A DNA stretch of 64,000 nucleotides from Octopus vulgaris (lineage: Eukaryota): positions 97,526,001 through 97,590,000 of the forward strand of contig OX597814.1 in the NCBI GenBank assembly GCA_951406725.2, given 5' to 3'. How positions within the stretch are numbered: position 1 is the first letter of the stretch; every line of letters starts with the position of its first letter. The notes under the pieces were generated by a model. It did not search any database, was not told where the DNA came from, and was given only the letters and a program-made list of their open reading frames with translations. Below, one piece after another: positions 53,522 to 64,000 of the stretch. The position numbers were made by a program, and so were the translations under genes.

Positions 53522-55357
53522 TTAATAAAGAAATTGCAGTCTATCGTAAGATTTGATGAAAACATCAAACAATCTATGCCATAAAACTCAAAGCATGTAG
53601 TATCTATATAGAATTTAAAGACAAAAATTACAAATTTAAACTGCTTTTTGATGAAGAGACAGGATACATGTTGATGTAAAATGACATCACTTATGTCATC
53701 ATACTGAATCAAAAATCAATTTTAAAGCTTACCACAAACAACACTGATGTGCTGAGAGATAGTTGTCACACTGGTGAGCTATCAAGATATTAAAAGGGGG
53801 CAAACGTATTGTGCACAAAAATTTAGAGTAGTTTGCTTCACTAAACTCCTCATGAGGAAAGCACCTTGATTACACATTTTTAGGGTGGTAAAATACTACA
53901 GTAGGGATAGTATATATTGAATATAAGTGATAAGCAAAAATGGAGCGATGGCATTATTGAGGCAGCCAGAACAGGCAACAAAATTATCTATTTAAATAAG
54001 ACTCAACATGACATTTATCCTTATCAGTTTGAGACAGAAAACACAAAAATTTCAGTGTCATGTGCTGAAGTATTACCAGCGTATGACTTGTAGTCAATTC
54101 AAACTAAAAATACAAATAGTGTAGTAAAATTTCTGGTAGGTTGAAAGATAACTAGAATATCAGATATGACAGATGCATAAATGTTATTAGCAATAAAAAC
54201 ACACAAGAAAGGAAGTTCAAGAAGAAGTAATAAGTGATGAATTAAAAATTACAATAGCTAAAATAAGAAAAAGGATGGAAAAGTTTAGGAAACAATTATC
54301 TGTTAGCAACAAGTTTTTTTACTTCCATGGTAAATGAAAACTATATAAAGCAAGTCTAAAAAATGTAATACTGCATGGTAGTGAAACATAAATATATGCT
54401 GGAGAAATATGAAACGTAATCCATTGGACAAATTAGCTTGTATGACAGGCAGAGCTAAAAGTTCTACTGATTGTTGGGCCTTTCATTGCCAACCCAATAG
54501 ATTCCACCTATTGTTATGAAAGAATATGATCTATTTTAGATTACTTTTTCATATTTAAATCAAAATATTGACATAAATCCTGTAACTGCATTAATGATAT
54601 GATTATAGATCAACAACTGCTTCACACCGTCTGATATTTTTAGACATGAATTTTGTGTTTACTGATTCTTTGGAAATATTTTTTACATCATTCCTAAAAA
54701 GTTTTTGTATAATGGATATTAGCTTCAATTCAATAGTAGTGACTTTCAATATAAAAGAGTTTCAAAGCAAAAAGAAACAGTCACTATAAATTGAAATGCA
54801 TCTAATATCATAACCATATGCTGGGCTGAGTTAAACATCCCTATTTTCAATAATGAAAGTAGCTCAGACAGTAATATTGGAAAGGGTGAACTCTAAAAAG
54901 TGAATAGTCATTTAGCTCTTCTACAGCAAGAAACCTATCCTGCTTTGGTCCTTTGTTCACTTTAGCTCTCACTATTCCTTATTCTCCCATTATAAAGTTG
55001 CTCCCTTAGAGGTCTTGATTTTGCAAACTGCAAGGCAACCTCACTAGTGTTGATGGCAAAACAAGAAGAAAAAAAACCCTGTACACACTGTAAGGTAATT
55101 ATCACTAAGAAGGGCATCCAGCCGTAGATACCTTGCCAAAGCAGATACTGGAGCATGATGCAGTTCTCAGATCCATTGGATCCTGTCAAACCACCCAACC
55201 TATGCCAGCGAGGAACATGGACATTAAATGCTGATAACGATAATTAGTTCACAAATATTGATAATCAGAAATAAATTCAGTCAAAAATCATGAAAATTAT
55301 ACAAACAGGAAGCAATGAAAGATTAGAATTAACAATAATGTAGTTGGTCTAACTTAC

Positions 55358-55436
55358 CAAGAGGATTAGCATTCTCAAAGTATCTTTCAAAATCTTTACT
55401 TATTATGTTTGGCAATGATCTTACATATTCACGAGC
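55358..55436 (-). CDS. MAPK14: p38 MAPK exon (79 nt): AREYVRSLPNIISKDFERYFENANPL
   Basis: AG acceptor, GTAAGT donor; aligns with human [26 protein letters not shown]. Confidence 0.95.
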
Positions 55437-56674
55437 CTTGTATAATAAACAAAAACAAGTTATTAGAATCAAGTAATCAAATTATAGAAATATACACACA
55501 TTTAAACATATATTCATAGAGATGGGAGTTAAGTGATGAAAGCCAGGGGAAAGGACTTGTGTCAGTTGATTGTTAATGTTTAGCCCAGGATAGCTTTGAT
55601 TAAGCAAGTCCCTAAACAACATTTCAAAAGAATTGCAATTGTGACCACCCTGTTTTTTTTTTGCTTTTTTTTTGGTGGGGGCATGTTGGGTCGCATTACC
55701 CAATGGATCCTTCCCTATTCAAGATACCAAGTTGTGACTCAAAGTGTGATTTGGCCTGAAATTTTCAACAGACTGAGTGAGTAGCCATATAGAGGTACCT
55801 TCATAAATTCATGTGAGCTAATGGAAATTAATAATGAATAACGGAGGTAGAGAGCTAATCTAAAGGAGACAGAATAAAGATTTGAAGAGTTATATTCAAG
55901 GATAGTTAATAACTCTCTTTCAGATAAGAAAATCGGTTTATCATGACCATTTTGGCACAATATTTATTGAGAATAGAGTTTTGAGATGCTGCTATACATA
56001 CTGTGCTTCAGACCTAACTTTATCTATGTATAATACATAGTGGGTAATGATGAGAAATCAAAGTATGTTAACAGGAAATCACTATATATGAATGATATGA
56101 ATGCATTTTATAAATGTTTATTGCACATAACAGGTGCATTATTAGCTGGTACTGAGACAGATTATTTTATTACCATTCCTTTTAGTAGGTCATTTTAAAA
56201 TTTGTTGTTTAACTTTCAACCAGGTCTGCCCTGATCAAGTAACCCCAGGATCAAAGTATTGTCGATGTAATAGTTCACCTTTTACAACTGCATTGTATTT
56301 CTTACTTAAAACTATAAAGTGTGATTTGAAGAAGAGATGGTGGCTTTTTCTAGCAGTTTCAGTGAATGCATGTCTTCATCAATGACACAGGAGAGAACTT
56401 ATCACGCACGTGTGTGTGTGCAGGTGCACACTGTACTTTCATCTACATAGACATGCTTCAATAATTTCATCACACTTTTAATTTGCCTGCTTGACCTCAC
56501 TGGTGTTTTGTAGCCAAAGCAATCCAATGAACAGAACAGTACTCTATGTACAAAAGTGCAGAAGTGTAAATGGCCTACAAAACATACAACCAGTAGCAGA
56601 ATTGTTGGACAACACTTGGAATTAAACAAACTTTATGGTTTATTTAATATGGATGAATATTTTAGTCAATGTTA

Positions 56675-56890
56675 AGGCAATAAGCTGGCAAAATCATTAG
56701 CAATGCCAGGTAAAATGCTTAGTGGCATTTTATCCATCTTATAGTCTGAGTTCAAATTCAACCAAGTCGACTTTGCCTTTCATCCTTCTGGAATCAATAA
56801 AATAGGTACTAGCTGAGCACTGGAGTTGATGTAATTGACTTACTCACTCCCCTGAAATTGCTGGCCTTGTGCCAAAATTTAAAACCAATA
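56675..56890 (+). mobile_element. Family A SINE in a p38 intron
   Basis: AAGCTGGCAAAATCATTAGC...GACTTTGCCTTTCATCC...GGCCTTGTGCCAAAATTT. Confidence 0.85.
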
Positions 56891-56954
56891 TTTTAGTTAA
56901 GATTACCATAGATTTTTTTTAAAGTATTTTTTACAAAATTATATGAAAACTTAC

Positions 56955-57034
56955 ATCGGAACTGGAAATATTTTCTATGAATTCTTCACTTGGCTTCCCC
57001 AACATTATCAAAATTTTATTTAATTGATCAATGT
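56955..57034 (-). CDS. MAPK14: p38 MAPK exon (80 nt): (H)IDQLNKILIMLGKPSEEFIENISSSD
   Basis: U12-type acceptor upstream, GTAAGT donor; aligns with human [27 protein letters not shown]. Confidence 0.96.
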
Positions 57035-57277
<243 letters not shown>

Positions 57278-58696
57278 TTACTAAAAAGTTTTAATTCAGT
57301 TGGAAATTTTTTTTATAAATTCATGTTTCAAGAAATTTTCTGTAATTTCGATTTCTGAAGTTTACTGAATATTTGAACATGTTTTTCACAAATTTAAATA
57401 TTCATTGTATTCACTGTAGAGTAGGTTTTAATGTTTAATAACAATATTATTCATTTGCAACAGTCTTTCATGATAATTTAACATATATTCATTTCAAGTT
57501 TTAATTCGCTATTTGCAAAACATACAGTTTATTCTATATACACAATGCAAAAAAATTATTTATTGAATGAATGAATACTATCAGACAAAATAGCTGTATA
57601 ACATTGAGGCTTCACAATTTCAAGAATAATGTCGGTTTCTGGAGTTTGCTAAATGAATATTTTTGGTAAAGTGAAAATCTTTTAATATACTGGCATAACT
57701 TAAAAAAAAAAAAAAAATCAAGTCATTTTGTTGGTATGGCTGTTTGGAATGCTATATTCCTTACAATAATAACTATGTGATCACTGCTGTTTCTAGCACG
57801 CTAAACATAGTTGGCTACTTTGCAGTTTGTTTAAATTAGAAATATATTACAACTACGATAAATTACTGAAAGAAATATTTATTAAGCAAGTGAGAATTTT
57901 TTATAAATTGAAATTTTCAGGAAAATTTACTTTCTGAACTTCCTTTCATTATTGAATATTTCTAGTTCATAAATTTAAATATTCGGTACAAGATAGCTTT
58001 TAATGAGCTTTTATTTGTATGATTTTTTCATTTCATGTTAATTTCATCCATTATTTGCAATGTTCCGTCTCTTTCTCTCTCTCTCTCACACAGTCTCACT
58101 AATATAAGCACAGACTCCAGCAATAATTACATATTATATTGGACAACTTATTAAAATTTACTGAAACTTCGAACTCATGTGACTTATTTCCTTTCCATTG
58201 TCATCTAAGAATTATCAAGTGAATTTGTTGCTATGGCTGTTTTATACACTATAGGTATTAAAATATCTATGTGATCGCTATTTTTTTGCACACTAAACAT
58301 AGTTGGACTACTTTGATGTTTGTTTAAAAAAGAGAGGTTATGACTGATAAAATAATGAAAGCAATATTTACTAAGCAAGTGAACACTATTATATAAAGAA
58401 ACAATTAGGCGTAAAATATAAAAATGATTAGAATTGGGAATCAAATGTGAAAATATTATCAAGTGGCTAGCAGAAAACCACCCAGAGGGCAGTCTTCCTG
58501 TTAGTAATTATAATTATTATTATTATTTTTAGTCATATTACATTAGCTAGGAATTGGATATTGCAGAAAAGTGCCTTGTTGGATATAACAATTTGTTTCT
58601 TTTGCCAAAAGGGAAGAAAACAATTTATGATCATTTTTTACATCCATTTTTCTATGCTAGCATGAACTAGACGTATATTATTGGAACAGTGTTTTA

Positions 58697-58864
<168 letters not shown>

Positions 58865-61061
58865 CTATAAAATAACAAAACATTAAAAAAAAAAAATAAA
58901 TAAATCAAATGATTTAACAAAGAAATGTCATGACAATAATTTATGATATTAGTTATTCTTGATTTAAATGTGTTGTTGATACAAGCACAATGGATGAAGA
59001 TGTAAGTCAACATGCCATTGGTTTGTTGGAATTTCATTAGAACAGTCATAAAAAAAAAATAGAAAAAAACACATAAACATGTGAACAAATATAAAAGTCA
59101 GAATAATTATATTCTTAAATTATCATTTCTGATTTAAACATTTCAGAAACAACAGCACATGCTTCCATACCGGTTATGGCCTATATAAATAAAAGTTGAG
59201 AAATAGTTTATTATTATATAACATCTGTTTTTCATGCTGCATAGGTTGGAACAGTTTGACAGGCTCCAGCAAACCACAGGACTGTGTTTAGCTTTAATGT
59301 CAGCTTTGATATGGTTTCTATGTCTAGATGCTCTTCCTAACACCAATCACTTTCCAGTGTGTATTGGGTGCTTTTCTTGTGCCACTGGCACTAGCGAAGC
59401 AACCAAGTAACTTTACAAAACAGGAAAAGAGCAAGAAAAAGCTCCCCACTTGACTAAGTGGGATATTTGAGAGGTGGGGAAGAGGCTTTATGCCAGGTGT
59501 CGAGAGGCTCAAGTATGATTGAAGGTCAAGCAAAAGTTATGTTTCAAAAGGATATATTAATGACTTTCACGTTAAACAAGACACAACACAGTCTTGAGAC
59601 ATTTTAAAAATCAACTTCACTGATTTGTTGCTATTTCCTTTCAAGATATAAATCGATCAGTGAAGTCAATCAGTCTATTGATTTACTCTTAAGACTGAAA
59701 TAATGCAGTGCTTTATGCAATGTCTGAGGTTCTATTTTAAAATTGCTTCAACAAAGTAGGTTCATTGTTAATTTTTATTAAAGATAACTTTAATTGAAAA
59801 TGTGTTTTCAAGGTTTACTTTCTGAATCTGTAACATTCAATTATCCACAATCAAACAGTATAAAGAGATATCATGTTTAATATTCTAGTTACCTTTCAAT
59901 CTGTCAGAGATTTTATTGCACAATTTATGCACCTACTGTTTGCACAAAATACATGGTATTGAGGTCAAACCAACTCACTGCCTACATACTGAGCAATGCA
60001 TTGACTCAGGTGCCACTAGTATTTTGTGTTTTCTCTCAGTAATTTATACTTCAGATTGTGTTGATCTGTATACTTTTGAACTCTAAACTAGAATCAGAAC
60101 ACTCAGCTGAGAACTTTTGTTACTGCTTCATGAACTACAATGAATAGAAGCTGTGGATAAAGCCTTGGGTTAAGTGTCTACCTATACTCTAACTTCCTCA
60201 CTGAACCCACTGACGAATCTCTCCTATTTTGAAACCAACACCCCTAGCTTGTCTAGATCTCATTTGTTTCTTTAGAATCCACCAGTCTACAAAATACTGA
60301 AAGAAAAACTGCTTGTTTGTACCTAAAATATCAACACTTTAGCTCCACATTCTGGGATGAATTGAAAACGTGAATCATATCCTCTAACTTGACTCTACTA
60401 TACTTTGCTACCTACTTCCAGATATCAGTTTGAGACATCAATAACTGCCCCTCTACCAGGACAACTCATTTGTGTCTGTAGCTGTTGACAAATGTTCTGT
60501 TATACCAGTTATTGAACAAAACTGCACCAACCAATTAACTAAATAACTAACTGGTATAGTAATCTATAAAGCCTGATGTAACTACCTCTGATGCTCTATT
60601 CTTGCCTTGATATGAATCACTTCTGACCAAACCTCCATTCAACATTTAACAACCACTTGTAATATTTTAGCTTTTTTTCCCTTGTCCGAGAGGACAAGCA
60701 TACAAGTGATGTTTTAGTCACACTTCTTACCAATGATAGCTTGATTTATACACAAACTGAATCTTTTTATTCACAATACTTTATGTCTCTAATATTCCTG
60801 ATAAGTAAGCATTATCTAAGGTTGATTGGAAGTTTAAACAGTAGAAATCTCTTAGCTTTCTTTTGTCATATATATTTTAACATCCCTCTTCATCAACAGA
60901 GGATTACAAATCACTAAACTATGTTGATAGGTACATTCTTCAACAATAATTTGGTAATCAATGATCTGTGTTTTCATTCCCGGTTAGATGGTTAGATAAA
61001 CATTAAAATGGTTTCATGTTCATCTAGTGAGTTTAATAATAATTAATGTTTAAGTAATTAC

Positions 61062-61109
61062 CCGAAGTTCACAGTCTTCATTTATGGCCAAATTTCCAGG
61101 TTTTAGATC
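61062..61109 (-). CDS. MAPK14: p38 MAPK exon (48 nt): DLKPGNLAINEDCELR
   Basis: TTTCAG acceptor, GTAATT donor; catalytic loop; same length as human MAPK14 exon 6. Confidence 0.96.
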
Positions 61110-62265
61110 CTGAAAGCAAAATAAAATTCAATTAAGAAGTTTGAAATAAATCTTTTTCAGATTAAGTTTACATATAAAATACATTTTGTTAAGAAAAAAG
61201 GAAGAAAGAAGGAAAACACCTATAAACATGTGATTTCCATTTCCAGAAAGCTGAAAAAAATGAAGAACCCAAATTCCTTCTAAACATTGTGCCCACAAAT
61301 TGTCCACTTGAATTTCTCATCTGAAATTCCAGTGATATAACTAGGAAAAAAGTAGGAGATAAAAATTTTGAAATTTAAAAAGTACTTTTAACCTTTATTT
61401 AAATTCAGCAAAAAAGAATCAAGATGTCCACAATACTGAATCTGTTCAGAGATGGCAGGCAATATTACTAGGCATGGCTCTATGGTTAAGAAGTTCATTT
61501 CGCAATAATTTTTTTGTCTTGGATTTAATCCTAGTATGCAGCGCTTTCATCAAGTGAATTCTATCATAGACACAGGTTGCCAACACCATGCAAGAAGAAT
61601 GAGGTGGATGGAATCACCGCAGAAGTCGCGCGCGCGCACGTGTCTATATCAGAAAGAGTACAAACATCAGTTACGAAACAATAAAAAGGTACATTATAAA
61701 TCCCTTGAGATATTTGTTCTACACCAAGTTAGAGACACTCCTGTATCTCTCCTGCCATAAGAAATGCAGTGAAACAGTGATAAGACCATGGGAAACTTGT
61801 GCACAAACTACTAAATAAAAATAAATCAAAGTAACTATATAATACTCCTATGCATTAGTAGTTAATTGAAGTAAAATGATATCTTTTTATTCTTGTAAGA
61901 TAACTCGAAATGTAGAACCATCTAAAATATATTTTGATGCAAAAATACTAGAGAAATACCACAGAAAGACAAAATGGAATAGGTAGGACAAGAGGAGACG
62001 AGAGGTAGAAAGTCGCTGATGAGGTCACAAAATGTGTGATGTAAGAACTCTGACAAATAATAATAATGATGAAATCAAATAAATATTGCATGTGTTTAAC
62101 TGGCAAAAGATGACCATCCCAAGTATAACAATGTTTTCTACATCCTTTACAGACAAAAAATAAACTATAGTTCACTTCTTTTTGTTCAACTGTCCAACCC
62201 GTACCAGCTAGGGAAACAGGACATTAAATGATGATATATGCATACAGGTAGGTAGGTAGGTAGGT

Positions 62266-62309
<44 letters not shown>

Positions 62310-62877
62310 TATATATGCCTTTGCTACTCAACTTTTATACAGTTTCTATACATGAGAAAAATCTTAAGTTTAAATCAATCTCAGATCTTTTGATTCCTTT
62401 GGGGAAAATTCTCACTAATGTTCAATACAGTACTTCCAGAATTGAAAATTTTGTCTATAACTCATTGACTTTTTATATTTGATATTTAACTGATAAAAAC
62501 CCAAGATTTCAGATTTCTTTTGCAGCACAGAAAATATTTTTTTTAAAAAGTCAGGGAAAGAAATGCCAGAAAAATTATGTTTAATTAATGTTTATCAATT
62601 ACAATGAATCTTAATCATGATATAACCCTTTTATTACTATATTTCTGTTGACATACACTGCTTTTGTTTTAAATAATTTTGAAAATGAAGAGTTTAGTAA
62701 AATAACTTTGCTATTATTAAGCTGGTGTTCTGAGCAAAAATTCATAAATTTACAAGCAATTTTAATGGAAAATTATAATGTAGCAATATTGTTATGCTCA
62801 CTGTTTGAGAAAAACATTAGGAATGATCTCATTTGAGATTACAACCATCTTTGGCTAGTTTAACCCTAATGTGTGCA

Positions 62878-63261
62878 CTGATCTGATTGGTTAGCATTTA
62901 GCGCGGTTTGTTTCTCTACTTATTTCACGCCAGTGTGTAAACTGACCAATCACGGCTTTCGAATAGGATCTTTCAATTGAGTCATATTCACTCTTTAAAT
63001 AAGCTAGTATTTCTACAATTCATCATCTTTCGGCTCAAGACCTTCTAAGGTCTAGTCGGAGACCACAGAGCTTACTCAACCATGTTCCAGTTCGAAAGAC
63101 AGATGACAGCCAGCCAACCATACTATGAAGACGCTACTGTATACCAGCGACAGACAGAACGTCATCATCAATGTCATCCACTAGCGCGGTCTGTTTGAGG
63201 AACAGACCGCGCTAGATGCTAACCAATCAGATTAGCATCTAGCACGGTCTGTCTCTCAAAC
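62878..63261. repeat. GC-richer inverted-repeat element in a p38 intron (probable non-autonomous DNA element)
   Basis: 39-bp arms at 62878-62916 and 63197-63235 (35/39 match); perfect hairpin CTAGCGCGGTCTGTT-TGAGG-AACAGACCGCGCTAG at 63181-63215; further motif copy at ~63232-63261. Confidence 0.75.
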
Positions 63262-63811
63262 AATAGAACAGCTTGTCATTCTTCATTCATTTCCTTTGGC
63301 ACTGTATAATATATTCATGTATTATGGCTTTCTCATATTATTAATTTGTTAGGGATACGGCCATGCGGCATACAAGAGGAGACCTTGTCACCAACCTCCT
63401 TACGTAGTATAAATTCCTACAATAATTTAAATCACTTTAAAATGGGGAATTTGTATCACAGAACCATGAGCAGTTTCAGGCAGTATGATATCAAAAAGAT
63501 TTTTTTAAAAAAAAGACAGAAAAAAAAGAAAAAACAATAGTAACCTAAATGAAAGATGAAAAAATAGTCAAAGCCAACTCAGTCTGATATAAGATATGTA
63601 CTTGAATACTTCCTGACACAGTTTTACCTACAGTAAAACTTGTAGCATTATAAGTATTATTACAGAATGAAACCATACCAACAAATTTATTTCACATCAA
63701 ACTGACCCACAAAGAACTTCATTCATTAGAAACAGGTCTGTATAAATAACACCCTATCTACCTACACACTACTCTATATTTAGTTTTAATCAGCTGACAT
63801 ATGTATGTATG

Positions 63812-63859
<48 letters not shown>

Positions 63860-63861
<2 letters not shown>

Positions 63862-64000
63862 CATCATCATCATCATTTAACATCCATTGTCCATGCTTGG
63901 CATGGGTTGGACAGTTTAACTGGGCTGGCATGCTTGAAGGCTGCACCAAACTCCAGTCTGATTTGGCATGGTTTTCTATGGTTGAATGCCCTTCCTTAAT
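63860..64000 (-). mobile_element. RTE-type 3' tail fragment ending in (GAT)n
   Basis: Reverse complement of the 52610-52741 tail (AAGGGCATxxAxCCATAGAAA...CATGCCAxGCATGGACAA...TAAATGATGATG). Related fragments at ~55105-55240(+) and ~59220-59350(-). Confidence 0.8.

Noticed and set aside
56402-56629. 75-aa ORF in the p38 intron as a mutually exclusive alternative exon
   Set aside because: No similarity to the HIDQL exon and no U12 branch point; the nearby GCCTTAAC (~56671-56678) is at a SINE junction.
61110-64000. Search for the 30-nt YIHSAxIIHR exon of p38
   Set aside because: No matching exon with splice sites found; it probably lies beyond the window. The GTAAGC donor-like site at ~63075 is inside the inverted-repeat element.

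Overview
AT-rich, repeat-dense eukaryotic genomic DNA. The SINE, LINE and microsatellite content strongly suggests a coleoid cephalopod (Octopus-like); this comes from pattern recognition, not a database search. The only intact host gene I can support is the 3' half of a p38 MAP kinase on the minus strand: seven coding exons at 61109..50020, a TGY activation loop, and an exon structure matching human MAPK14 exons 6-12. Its earlier exons must lie beyond the right edge. The gene has a clear U12-type (minor spliceosome) intron, a one-residue insertion after the APE motif, several p38gamma-like residues and a C-terminal T-V-V PDZ-type motif. The left ~45 kb is intergenic and full of mobile-element remnants: Penelope-like fragments with hammerhead-ribozyme motifs, a decayed Merlin/IS1595-family transposase, an 844-bp foldback element (8-bp TSD, GG termini, telomere-like repeats), a two-copy R4/Dong-like LINE chimera next to a (TAA)n tract, a Tigger/pogo element, an RTE LINE in the last p38 intron, and many modular tRNA-derived SINEs. 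Most ORFs in the supplied track are microsatellite or random artefacts. I found no convincing new multi-gene system; the best leads are the Merlin/foldback pair, the hammerhead motifs and the unusual p38.
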